Below, piece after piece: positions 1 to 8,401 of a DNA stretch of 64,000 bases (position 1 is the stretch's first letter; each line of letters begins with the position of its first letter). This stretch comes from an uncultured virus (IMG/VR IMGVR_UViG_3300010883_000002) (lineage: Duplodnaviria > Heunggongvirae > Uroviricota > Caudoviricetes). A program made the position numbers and the translations under genes. The notes beneath the pieces are model-generated. The model worked only from the letters and a program-made list of their open reading frames with translations. It was not told the DNA's origin and did no database searches. The stretch is from IMG/VR virus record IMGVR_UViG_3300010883_000002. One strand, 5' to 3'.

Positions 1-510
1 CACAAGGGTGATTTTGAGCCTAACAAGGTTTATCCCTCTCGTCGTTCGTGGGACCGCTTGAATGAGTGTCTGGCGGCTGCTGGGTTTCTCACTGATGAGG
101 GTCGCAAGGCTAACCTTCCTACCGTGTATGAACTCGGTTGTGCGTTCGTTGGGTTTGAGGCTGCTGTCTCTTTTCGTGACTTCGTTGAGAAGTACGAAAG
201 TCAGGTAACGTGGCAAGATGTGGTTGTTGATGGAAACATCGAAAAGACCGCTGCTTTTGGTATCAATGACCACTGCGCCTTGGTTGAGAAGTTTGAAGCT
301 GCTGAGGTCTTCAAGACCGAGCTTCCTACTGACCAGCTTGAGAATGTCGCTGCCTACTTCCTGACTCTTCCTAGTGAAGTGGCAATGAAGTTGTGGACGG
401 TTCTCGGAAACGGCGAGATCAAGAACACTGTTTCTCTTCACCAGTGTGAAGTTGATGGTGTTGGAGTGAGTGCGTTCCTTGTTGAACTGCTGACTGGTAA
501 CGCTTCGTGA
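1..510 (+). CDS. MoxR/AAA_5-type AAA+ ATPase, C-terminal part (5'-truncated by window)
   Basis: Frame 1 is open from base 1 (HKGDFEPNKVYPSRRSWDRL); PSRRSW resembles the sensor-II (S/T)PRSW motif; lies next to a metallopeptidase-vWA gene, the usual partner. Confidence 0.75.
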   Translation, partial: HKGDFEPNKVYPSRRSWDRLNECLAAAGFLTDEGRKANLPTVYELGCAFVGFEAAVSFRDFVEKYESQVTWQDVVVDGNIEKTAAFGINDHCALVEKFEAAEVFKTELPTDQLENVAAYFLTLPSEVAMKLWTVLGNGEIKNTVSLHQCEVDGVGVSAFLVELLTGNAS

Positions 511-542
511 TTAGTTTGTTCCTTGGGGAAGGAACGGGTGAC

Positions 543-573
543 GGGGAGCTTTGCTCCCCTGATCCCACTTTTC
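543..573 (+). terminator. Hairpin / possible intrinsic terminator
   Basis: ggggagc-ttt-gctcccc stem after the ATPase stop; weak U-tract. Confidence 0.45.
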
Positions 574-631
574 CTCAACGAATACAAAGGGTTGGCTTGA
601 CAATTAATTTACACAATATAGCAGAAAACAC

Positions 632-660
632 TTGACATTGGGTCCAATCTTTAGTATAAT
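632..660 (+). promoter_or_regulatory. sigma70 promoter (repeat cassette copy 1)
   Basis: TTGACA(632-637)-N17-TATAAT(655-660); second TTGACA 35 nt upstream at 597. Confidence 0.9.
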
Positions 661-689
661 GTATATGTAAGATGGTGATGAGGGAAGAA

Positions 690-2054
690 ATGATGACGGA
701 AGAAACTAAAAAGTTTGATTTGAATCGGCATACTGCTCGTTTGCTGATGCAAGAGCCTTTCTTCGCTGCGCTCTCACGACGTATCGACAAGAAGGCGTCT
801 ACTGCTATTCCTACTGCTGGTGTTCGGGTCAATCCTGATTCCGGTCAGTTTGAGATGGTTTATAATCCCAACTTCTTCGCTACCCTGAGTGATGCTCATC
901 GGGCTGGTGTTCTCAAGCATGAGTTCTACCACCTGATTTTCGAGCACGTTACAGGTCGATTGCCAGAAGAGGGTATGAGCAAGAAGTGGAACTTTGCCAC
1001 TGACTTGGCTATCAATTCCAATCTCCGCAATGAGCTTCCAGAGGGTGCTCTGATTCCCGGTGAGGGTCACTTTGCTGACCTTCCCGTTGGTAAGTCTGCT
1101 GAGTGGTACTTCGCTAACCTTCCTGATGCCGATGAAGGCGAGGGTGAAGGTGAGTCCGAGGGCGGACAAGGTGAAGGCGAAGAAGGTGAGGGTGAAGGCT
1201 CTGGCGCTGGCGAGGGTCAAGAAGAAAATAATGATCCTTCTGATGGTCAAGGTGAAGGCGAGGGTGAAGGAGAAGGAGAAGGCGAGGGTTCTGGTTCTGG
1301 TCAAGGTGAAGGCGAGCCGACTGAGGCTGAGGGCGAAGGCTCTGGTGCTGGTCAGGGTCAACCTAAAGAGTTCGATGATCACTCTGGTTGGGGTGAGACT
1401 GATAACACCACCAACGAGATTGCAAAGCAACGCTTGAAGGAAACTCTCAAGCAAGCTGCCAACGAAGCTAGCAAGGCTGGTTCGTGGGGTACGGTTGGTG
1501 CTGATACTCGACAGGACATTCTTGACCGACTGACCGCAAAGGTCGATTGGAAGAAGGTTCTTCGATACTTCATTAAGACTTCGCAACGGGCTAACAAGTC
1601 CAGCACGATCAAGCGGATCAACCGTCGTTACGCTTACATCCATCCCGGTCGCAAGGTCAACCGGACTGCTTCTATTGCAATCAGCATTGACCAGTCTGGA
1701 TCGGTTGATAACGGAATGCTCGCTGCATTCTTCACCGAGTTGAACAAGCTTTCTAAGCTCGCTGAATTCACCGTGATTCCCTTCGACACTGATGTGTCGG
1801 TAGATAACGTCTACGTCTGGAAGAAGGGTGAGACTAAGAAGTGGGAGCGTGTAACGTGCGGCGGGACTTGCTTTGAGGCTCCGACCGACTATGTTAATGA
1901 GCGTCAGTTCGATGGTCACATTATCCTGACCGACCTTTGTGCTCCAAAGCCAAAGGCTTCCAAGTGTCAACGGATGTGGATGACCACTGAGTATTACGCA
2001 AAGCATCCTTACTTCCAAACCAATGAGCGTATCGTTGCTATCGAAGATCAGTAA
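690..2054 (+). CDS. Metallopeptidase-like + vWA domain protein (DUF2201-like) with Gly/Glu-rich linker
   Basis: HEFYH (HExxH), DLAINS, long (GE)n linker, MIDAS DQSGS, GGT and LTD motifs; start probably ATG 690/693 rather than 672. Confidence 0.85.
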   Translation: MMTEETKKFDLNRHTARLLMQEPFFAALSRRIDKKASTAIPTAGVRVNPDSGQFEMVYNPNFFATLSDAHRAGVLKHEFYHLIFEHVTGRLPEEGMSKKWNFATDLAINSNLRNELPEGALIPGEGHFADLPVGKSAEWYFANLPDADEGEGEGESEGGQGEGEEGEGEGSGAGEGQEENNDPSDGQGEGEGEGEGEGEGSGSGQGEGEPTEAEGEGSGAGQGQPKEFDDHSGWGETDNTTNEIAKQRLKETLKQAANEASKAGSWGTVGADTRQDILDRLTAKVDWKKVLRYFIKTSQRANKSSTIKRINRRYAYIHPGRKVNRTASIAISIDQSGSVDNGMLAAFFTELNKLSKLAEFTVIPFDTDVSVDNVYVWKKGETKKWERVTCGGTCFEAPTDYVNERQFDGHIILTDLCAPKPKASKCQRMWMTTEYYAKHPYFQTNERIVAIEDQ

Positions 2055-2102
2055 AAGTTAAAGTTTAAGTTTACCATTAATAGACGGAGAGAATTAGGAG
2101 CA

Positions 2103-2245
2103 ACGCTTATGGCAATGTACCGACACCGTAAAGGGGTTGGCGTCAAAGCGTAGTGGTCAGGCTATTCAGCAAGGGTCGGTAACGCATCACAGTATGCTAG
2201 ACTCAGTTAGTCACGGGTGAGAGGTGGGACGCCCGTGCTTTTTTT
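2103..2245 (+). ncRNA. Candidate structured RNA ending in an intrinsic terminator
   Basis: acgctt(2103)/aagcgt(2146) hairpin; taccgac(2118)/gtcggta(2175) alternative pairing; cacgggtg(2212)/cgcccgtg(2230) plus T7. Confidence 0.45.
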
Positions 2246-2313
2246 ATCGAGAGTATATAAAATGTTGGCGAGACTAACAAAGAAAAAGATTGTGTTTAAA
2301 GACAATTTAATAC

Positions 2314-2342
2314 TTGACAGTTACACACCAGCATGTTACATT
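2314..2342 (+). promoter_or_regulatory. sigma70 promoter with extended -10
   Basis: TTGACA-N17-TACATT with TG at 2334-2335. Confidence 0.7.
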
Positions 2343-2364
2343 GTAGTATAGGAGTAAGAGAGAC

Positions 2365-2559
2365 ATGGCAATACTAGAAGAGTCAAGCAGGTATGATAGG
2401 TCAGGTAGGTATCGTAGTGATGCATGGCATGAGGATGGTGGAGCTAATGACGAGGGCTATACGCATGAGCAATGCCATGCCTGTGGTAGAGACACAGAGC
2501 ATGAGCGGGGTGACTGTATCCCATGCGATGACAGGCAGCGACGTGTCAGCCAGCGATAA
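2365..2559 (+). CDS. Small zinc-ribbon protein
   Basis: CHAC...CIPC; promoter and AGGAG upstream. Confidence 0.6.
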   Translation: MAILEESSRYDRSGRYRSDAWHEDGGANDEGYTHEQCHACGRDTEHERGDCIPCDDRQRRVSQR

Positions 2560-2802
2560 AGATAATACTTATAATACTTGACAACACACAGCCGATGTGT
2601 TAGGGGAAAGAAAAGGCTTGACAAGGCAATGCATATATGTTAGGGGGGGGTAGTAGTCCTACCTCACCTACGCCGGGGGTCGGGTACTAACACCCTACCC
2701 TCCTACTATTGGCACTGCCCAAGCCTAGTATGTGAATGAGCACACGGAAAAAAATGAGACTTTTTGAATTGTCGATTCTAGTTAAAAATAGGGGAAAAAA
2801 TA

Positions 2803-3156
2803 ATGAGCAGTAATGAAAAAGATCAGACACCTAGCCAACAAAACTTAGCAGAGGTTTTTAAAGATATTAAAGATGCTGCTAAACAATTTGATGGCATCAA
2901 TGCTATAATGGATAAGGTCTTGAAGATCGCATTGGAGAAAGAGCGGAATAAGGTTAAAGTACTTGAACATCGTGTAGCCGAGCTTGAAGCTGCATACGCA
3001 ATCATTGAGGACGAAAGCGAAAGTTTATGGTGGATGCTAGATGAAATCAAGCGAAGTGAAACGTGGACCGAAGAGCAAACAGAAGAACTTCAAAAGTCAA
3101 TCGATCAGCAGATGCTAACGACTCGGCTAATGCAATTAAGAAAAGGTGAAGCATGA
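2803..3156 (+). CDS. Hypothetical coiled-coil protein
   Basis: ORF with SD-like AGGGG; ATGA overlap with next gene. Confidence 0.65.
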   Translation: MSSNEKDQTPSQQNLAEVFKDIKDAAKQFDGINAIMDKVLKIALEKERNKVKVLEHRVAELEAAYAIIEDESESLWWMLDEIKRSETWTEEQTEELQKSIDQQMLTTRLMQLRKGEA

Positions 3157-3803
3157 ACAACAACAAACTTAATATTCTAACAATCGGGGAAAGCCACAGC
3201 CAAGCTGATGGCTTCGGTGAAGGCGACACAGTGCTAGCAGTGAATGCATTTGTGAAGAGACAGACTCCACAAAGCAGGTTCAGTTTTTATAGTGGTTCAA
3301 ACGATGAGCTACTAAGGCTTGTTGCCGAGGGTTGGAATAACGCCAAGCCGGGATACCGGACGGGTGTGCTTGTTGTGCCTGTTAGCCCGTCAGGATTTTT
3401 CTCAGGCGTAGTGCGCCTTGAGGCTGGCGATGCCCTAGAGGGTGTGTACGAGGCTCGCAGAGAGGGTGAGACACCACGCAAGGCATTGGTTGCAACAGGG
3501 CGTGAGAAGCTTCCTGCTAAGTCTGTAGACGTTGTTATGTACTCCAGCGAAGTCTTGGCAGAAGATAACGACAATGAGCTTCCACCAGAGGAAAACCATT
3601 GGGAAGTAATTTCTATTAATGCTTCACCAGACCGTCATGAGATGCCCATCGACCCCAACGTGCTTATGCATAATCATTTCGGATCGTCGGGCGGCACCAA
3701 GACAAACCTTAGTGACGAACAGTTTGTTGCTACGCTTGCACACAGTTTTAGATACTGGAACGATAAGGCTCTGGCTGGAGCCAAGGTAATAAATACTAAA
3801 TGA
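3153..3803 (+). CDS. Conserved hypothetical protein (DUF3228-like)
   Basis: PGYRTGV, VDVVMYS and WEVISINA...MPIDP...GGT motifs recalled for this family. Confidence 0.6.
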   Translation: MNNNKLNILTIGESHSQADGFGEGDTVLAVNAFVKRQTPQSRFSFYSGSNDELLRLVAEGWNNAKPGYRTGVLVVPVSPSGFFSGVVRLEAGDALEGVYEARREGETPRKALVATGREKLPAKSVDVVMYSSEVLAEDNDNELPPEENHWEVISINASPDRHEMPIDPNVLMHNHFGSSGGTKTNLSDEQFVATLAHSFRYWNDKALAGAKVINTK

Positions 3804-4096
3804 AAATGAAAGATAATAAACACACACCAACATCTACATTGCCGATAGGCACTGAGATACGAACAAGTGAGATCGGTTATTATGATTTCTGGTATCCTTC
3901 TGCTAAAGCAGGACCGATACTTAAGGAAGCGATTAAGGTAAGAGAGGCTACCAATTCTGAATTGCGACATTCTACTGGAACGGATTGGACTCCGTTTGTA
4001 GTCTCGCTAGAAGTAGCCAGTACCCTTGGTTTGCCGATTGCGATTGTGTGGGTTAGAAAAGAAGACATTAATATTCCTGAAAGGAGAAATCAATGA
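3800..4096 (+). CDS. Hypothetical protein
   Basis: ATGA-coupled in operon. Confidence 0.6.
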   Translation: MKMKDNKHTPTSTLPIGTEIRTSEIGYYDFWYPSAKAGPILKEAIKVREATNSELRHSTGTDWTPFVVSLEVASTLGLPIAIVWVRKEDINIPERRNQ

Positions 4097-4365
4097 TCTG
4101 GACCGTAATTCTTAAAGACGGAAACAGTTTTGTCGTTTATGGATCGTCACCTGACATTCATGAATGTTATAACGCAGTGGAGGCAAGAAGCTTTTCTTTG
4201 GAGGATGTTGCAGGAATTGTAACGGGGATGCACGAAGTTCGTGTCCCGTCACTTGCAATTAAACCAAAGGCTAAGCAACGAGCCAAAGCAAGACGTGCTT
4301 CAATTGAGGCACCGGAGATTTTGCTAGCAAATGCTAAGCTGGGAAATGATCCAATTGAGTGGTGA
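4093..4365 (+). CDS. Hypothetical protein
   Basis: AGGAG SD; ATGA overlap. Confidence 0.65.
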   Translation: MIWTVILKDGNSFVVYGSSPDIHECYNAVEARSFSLEDVAGIVTGMHEVRVPSLAIKPKAKQRAKARRASIEAPEILLANAKLGNDPIEW

Positions 4366-4420
4366 GTAGCTAAATAAGCCTAGCTATTCACCACTCGTTA
4401 ATATAAGGGAGGAAAAGGCA

Positions 4421-4684
4421 ATGACTATGAGCAAAGATAAGGGAAGTGGATACAATGTTCCAATTGATTTATGGAACAGTCGATTATCGGCGCACGAATA
4501 TGTGCGTAGTATTAATGAGGCTTCTTCAACAGAAGAAGTTAATCATTATTGGAACGAGGCAATAGCTTCGCTCTCGATGGAAGACCTTAATTTTATTAAG
4601 GGGCAGTGCAAACTGCGCCTTGCTGAGATTATGCATGAAACCACTAACCGCATTGTTGATGCACATAGGAGGCTTTTTTCATGA
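4421..4684 (+). CDS. Hypothetical protein
   Basis: GGAGG SD upstream. Confidence 0.65.
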   Translation: MTMSKDKGSGYNVPIDLWNSRLSAHEYVRSINEASSTEEVNHYWNEAIASLSMEDLNFIKGQCKLRLAEIMHETTNRIVDAHRRLFS

Positions 4685-4692
4685 ATGACAGT

Positions 4693-4932
4693 CCACCGGG
4701 CTAATATCGTCCGGTGGGTGTGGAGAAATGGTAGAGTAAGTATAGTGATTGCAATACCTGAACGGTTTGCAATCGTGGGACGCCACTAATCTATACAGGT
4801 AGCTACTCTTGAAAGCACTGCCGCTCAGGGTTACGGACGAGCGGGGCTTTGTCGCAAGACAAAGGAATAAATTGACGTGTAGCTGGCTTGGATTCCACTG
4901 CGAGAAACGAATCCCTCCCCCCACCGGACGGT
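4693..4932 (+). ncRNA. Candidate multi-helix structured ncRNA, family unknown
   Basis: 13-bp closing helix 4706-4718/4920-4932; internal helices agagta/tactct, gtatag/ctatac, gattgcaa/ttgcaatc, ccgctc/gagcgg, ctttgtc-GCAA-gacaaag, ggattc/gaatcc; no plausible + strand ORF. Confidence 0.7.
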
Positions 4933-4976
4933 AATCTTAAACCATAAACTGTTTGGTATTAACCAAACCCTTATCC

Positions 4977-5020
4977 AAAAAACCTTCATCGCTCACCATT
5001 GGGCTTTGAGGGTTTTTTGT
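4977..5020 (+). terminator. Intrinsic (possibly bidirectional) terminator
   Basis: aaaaaaccttca...tgagggtttttt stem with flanking A and T tracts. Confidence 0.7.
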
Positions 5021-5062
5021 TATTAGCCATTAGCATTAGCCATTAGCCTCTCTAATTACAAT

Positions 5063-5287
5063 ATGAAGGCGAACTATTATATTTATATTGTTGGTATCTC
5101 TCACCCAAGAGATAAGTTTCAAGCGGGTGATGTTGGAGTAGGTTTTACTTCTTTTGCTCCCGGCATTAAAGACTGCCGCTATGGAACTTTAATGATTGCT
5201 CCCAATTCTATTCTCGACCATCAAAGTCCAAACGAGTACATGATAAGACGTGCCGTACTACTGTACTTTGGATATAACGGTTGTTGA
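5063..5287 (+). CDS. Hypothetical protein
   Basis: ATG 4 nt after the CTAATTA motif; no SD. Confidence 0.5.
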   Translation: MKANYYIYIVGISHPRDKFQAGDVGVGFTSFAPGIKDCRYGTLMIAPNSILDHQSPNEYMIRRAVLLYFGYNGC

Positions 5288-5398
5288 TTCTGAGTTGGAA
5301 ACAGCAAAAAATTTTTATCATTCCGCTTTGTGACTTCGGGTTTTTTTGTAAAAGATTTAACATTCTCAATAATTCCCCTTTCTTGTCTCTAATTAAAA

Positions 5399-5929
5399 GT
5401 GAAGAGGGAGGACTGTACAAAGAAAGTGTTGAGCGCAATGTTAATGGTCGCCGTGGGATGGACAGCGGGGGCAATGATTTTTTATTCACTCCACCGCTGG
5501 GTTTTCCATAGCAAGAGAACTAGCTGGGTTTATAAATTTCTATTCCACCCGTGGAACCCTCTTCGTGCGCTTGCGCTAAAAGGTCGGGAAACACACATGG
5601 CTCACCACAAAGAATCTATTAAATACGGACCAGACGTTACGCAACACATGGCAATTTTTTTCCCTCTCTGGGCTAAGCTGTTTGTTGTGGGAGTGGTGAC
5701 GGCTTCCGCTTTTGTGTTCGGTGCTCTCCCTACAATTGGTCTTGTTTCTTTCTTTCCCTTCTATGCCTATCGTCACCACCTAGCCCACACCGTGTACAAA
5801 GACCCGTCCAACGAAAAGAAGAATTGGGTCAAACACCACATGCATCATCATTTTAAAAATCCCCAAGCAAACTTCTCTGGCACGGTCCCTATTATTGATC
5901 GAATCTTTAATACCTACGATAAATTATAA
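5399..5929 (+). CDS. Fatty-acid hydroxylase / sterol desaturase superfamily membrane protein
   Basis: His boxes HRWVFH, HMAHH, HHLAH, HHMHHH; NFSG..PIIDRIFNT tail; hydrophobic segments. Confidence 0.85.
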   Translation: MKREDCTKKVLSAMLMVAVGWTAGAMIFYSLHRWVFHSKRTSWVYKFLFHPWNPLRALALKGRETHMAHHKESIKYGPDVTQHMAIFFPLWAKLFVVGVVTASAFVFGALPTIGLVSFFPFYAYRHHLAHTVYKDPSNEKKNWVKHHMHHHFKNPQANFSGTVPIIDRIFNTYDKL

Positions 5930-5947
5930 TTCTTTTAAAGAAAACAC

Positions 5948-5976
5948 TTGACATAGTAATAGAGATATGCTATAAA
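5948..5976 (+). promoter_or_regulatory. sigma70 promoter
   Basis: TTGACA-N17-TATAAA with extended -10 TG. Confidence 0.75.
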
Positions 5977-6012
5977 ATACCTGCGGGGCGTTTCAGTCCT
6001 CGTTAAGAAAGG

Positions 6013-6219
6013 TTGCTTAATATGCATCCACAAGAAGTAGGCAATGTTGTCGTTCACAGTTACCGTCATCTCCAAGGTGCCTTCCACAATGCAGAAGGTG
6101 TGGTGTTGGGATCAGAGAATCAAGACTGGTTGTATCCGGTCTATTGGGATAATGGTGTACACCAGTGGGTGCAGCTTCACTCGATGGATATGTTGGTGAG
6201 TCAGGGTTCGGTCAATTAA
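6013..6219 (+). CDS. Small SH3/KOW-like hypothetical protein
   Basis: EVGNVV...GVV...VYW pattern like the MKVGDLV family. Confidence 0.5.
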   Translation: MLNMHPQEVGNVVVHSYRHLQGAFHNAEGVVLGSENQDWLYPVYWDNGVHQWVQLHSMDMLVSQGSVN

Positions 6220-6296
6220 TTATAATTCTTTTGACGCAGTGCATTAAGTCCTTGATTTTGCTTGACAATTATTTTACATAATAGAGCAGAAAAGAC

Positions 6297-6325
6297 TTGA
6301 CAATGACCCTCACTTTAGGTATAAT
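6297..6325 (+). promoter_or_regulatory. sigma70 promoter (repeat cassette copy 2)
   Basis: TTGACA-N17-TATAAT; upstream TTGACA at 6262; IHF-consensus match TAAGTCCTTGATT at 6245-6257. Confidence 0.9.
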
Positions 6326-6375
6326 GTATATGTAAGTTGGTCGTGAGGATCACTTCTTTTCCCCAAGGAGATAAA

Positions 6376-6831
6376 ATGAAATTTGAAACATACGTTAAAA
6401 AGGTCGAGAAATGGTTGGGCGTTACAGTCCATCAAGACGGCAACAGAGCTTGGTTCCAGCATGAAGGTCAGGTCGGCTCATTTCGCAGAGAAGAGCAATG
6501 GGATAAGCCGGGTAATTTTATAGCCCGTGGATTTCATTGTCGCAGTGAAAATGATCATACAGATATTCAGACAGATTATTTTGCTGGTACATATCTTGAT
6601 AATGGTACGCAGTTGCTCCATTGGTGCAAGCGTCCAGAACCCAAGTTCCCTGTAGGGGCTTTGGTTCGTGGAAAGCAGAACAAGCGAGCAATCCGGCAAA
6701 GGTACGCTGGTAAGACTGGTCTTGTTATTGATGCTGGAAGCTACATGCAAATTGATTGGTTGGGCGAAGAAAAGCCACAGTACACTATGACCTATCCTGA
6801 GCGTGACATTGAGTTGGTGAGTGCGGTATGA
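6376..6831 (+). CDS. Hypothetical protein with C-terminal KOW/SH3-like module
   Basis: AAGGAG SD before ATG 6376; FPVGALVRGK...GLVID...IELVS. Confidence 0.7.
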   Translation: MKFETYVKKVEKWLGVTVHQDGNRAWFQHEGQVGSFRREEQWDKPGNFIARGFHCRSENDHTDIQTDYFAGTYLDNGTQLLHWCKRPEPKFPVGALVRGKQNKRAIRQRYAGKTGLVIDAGSYMQIDWLGEEKPQYTMTYPERDIELVSAV

Positions 6832-7085
6832 CCCTTTGTCCTTATCACCCCAACGACAGACACGAAGAAACCGATCACGGTTGCTTTGCTGTCGTTGGTG
6901 ACATGGTGGAGTGCTTGAATCCAATGGGCAAGCGTCTTGGGATTTATGGACTGGTGCAATCAGAAGAACACCGTCCGTCAATTCGTGGTCCAAAGAGAAT
7001 TCTTAATATTTACATGAATTGGAATGATGGTCCAAGTCTTGAACCGTACCAAGATGCTTTTCTTCGCATCATTAGTCGAGGTTAA
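6828..7085 (+). CDS. Small KOW/SH3-like hypothetical protein
   Basis: VVGDMVE...LRIISRG; ATGA overlap. Confidence 0.55.
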   Translation: MTLCPYHPNDRHEETDHGCFAVVGDMVECLNPMGKRLGIYGLVQSEEHRPSIRGPKRILNIYMNWNDGPSLEPYQDAFLRIISRG

Positions 7086-7087
7086 TA

Positions 7088-7288
7088 ATGTTTCAGAGTG
7101 AAATTAAAACAGGTGAACTGTTAAAATATATGAGTCGAGTGATTCTAGTTCTTGATGATAAGAAGGGACAAATCGACGGTGTGCAGTTCGATGGGTTTGT
7201 TCTAGGACTAGAAGTGGGATGCACAATCCCAGCACAATACAATGTCAGTGCGCTGGAACCCCTTAATATCATTGAGAAAAATAAATAA
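7088..7288 (+). CDS. Small hypothetical protein
   Basis: GAGGT SD; IKTGELL pattern. Confidence 0.6.
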   Translation: MFQSEIKTGELLKYMSRVILVLDDKKGQIDGVQFDGFVLGLEVGCTIPAQYNVSALEPLNIIEKNK

Positions 7289-7297
7289 AGAAAAGAC

Positions 7298-7326
7298 TTG
7301 ACAATGACCCCAAAGTTATGTATAAT
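7298..7326 (+). promoter_or_regulatory. sigma70 promoter (repeat cassette copy 3)
   Basis: TTGACA-N17-TATAAT followed by a leader nearly identical to copy 2. Confidence 0.9.
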
Positions 7327-7373
7327 GTATATGTAAGATGGTGGTGAGGATCACTTTTCCCCAAGGAGATAAA

Positions 7374-7715
7374 ATGGACAGATTGGAACTACACGAAGTT
7401 GACGGTGCCTACCCGACCCCAGAAGAGGTTGCTATTGAGCTTCCCAAGTTTGTGGCGAGAATACAGGAAGTAGTTGACGAGCACTATGCCGCTAACCTAT
7501 CAAACCTGACGCCACCAGCTATTAAAATTCATGGTGGTCGAAAATATATTAAAATCGCTAAGGTCGATAATCAGACAAGCGTGTTCTGTTTTGTCCGTGC
7601 GGTAGATGGAGCAATCTTGAAGGCTGCTACATGGAAGGCACCTGCTTTGAATTTTACAAGAGGTAATATTTTTGATAGCGTGCTTGCCGTTAGTCCTTAC
7701 GGTGTGCGCTACTAA
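7374..7715 (+). CDS. Conserved phage early protein (GRKYIKI...KAATWKAPA...RGNI type)
   Basis: Motif set recurrent in phage hypothetical proteins; AAGGAG SD before ATG 7374. Confidence 0.7.
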   Translation: MDRLELHEVDGAYPTPEEVAIELPKFVARIQEVVDEHYAANLSNLTPPAIKIHGGRKYIKIAKVDNQTSVFCFVRAVDGAILKAATWKAPALNFTRGNIFDSVLAVSPYGVRY

Positions 7716-7723
7716 CAGGAGAG

Positions 7724-8008
7724 ATGAAAATGGGTTATAAAAAAAATCGTACATCAAGTAGAGGTCGCCAGCGTTTGACTGCTGAAGATCGAGCACAATT
7801 TGCCAGAGAGCGTCAAACGTTGGTTGGTAAACTAATTTCACAATCGGGTTGGGAAGGTGCTTTGGTTATTGAACATATCCGAGGCTCACAATATCTTATT
7901 CGTTTGCCCGATGGTCAAGAGGTTTTTGCTTCACACAAGAAGCCGAAGGTGTTGGCTAACGGTGCCTTGACTCAAGGTGGTTGGCAACTGTGGGAGGAAC
8001 GTTACTAA
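7724..8008 (+). CDS. Hypothetical basic protein
   Basis: AGGAG SD; TAATG overlap with next gene. Confidence 0.65.
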   Translation: MKMGYKKNRTSSRGRQRLTAEDRAQFARERQTLVGKLISQSGWEGALVIEHIRGSQYLIRLPDGQEVFASHKKPKVLANGALTQGGWQLWEERY

Positions 8009-8226
8009 TGAAAGTTGGAGACTTAATAAAGTTTGATCGTATTAACGGACACACAACAAACTTAAATAATAAGACTGCTCTCTATTTGGGAGAAGATTTT
8101 ATCCATCGTGATGATGGTGTTGTTGTTGAGAACCACAAGGTTTTGATTGTGGGTGATTCGTCACCAACGATTATTGATCGTGGCTTGGTCAGATGGATGA
8201 CGGTGGTGACCAATGCAGGTCGGTGA
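8008..8226 (+). CDS. MKVGDLV-family small protein
   Basis: MKVGDLIKF start at 8008 with GGAGG SD. Confidence 0.7.
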   Translation: MKVGDLIKFDRINGHTTNLNNKTALYLGEDFIHRDDGVVVENHKVLIVGDSSPTIIDRGLVRWMTVVTNAGR

Positions 8227-8401
8227 TTTAGTTTTGTGTCGCTCAAATGTAGCCATGCGACGAACGATGTACGGATTGATTATTGAGGAAGTTCGTGATC
8301 CGATGGCGATGAGCAATCAGGTATTCAAAGTGCTTTGGAAAGATGGCACGGTTGGAAACAACGTTTGGGATTATGATTTGAAGGTGATAAATGGAAATTA
8401 A
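8213..8401 (+). CDS. MKVGDLV-family small protein
   Basis: MQVGDLV...GLII...VLW...LKVIN. Confidence 0.7.
   Translation: MQVGDLVLCRSNVAMRRTMYGLIIEEVRDPMAMSNQVFKVLWKDGTVGNNVWDYDLKVINGN

Noticed and set aside
774..2018. 414-aa minus-strand ORF and +1-frame ORF 1060-1437
   Set aside because: Shadow frames of the codon-biased, GE-repeat vWA gene; no motifs or SD.
5022..5048. ATTAGC(C) x4 microrepeat
   Set aside because: Real but short, with no evidence of function.
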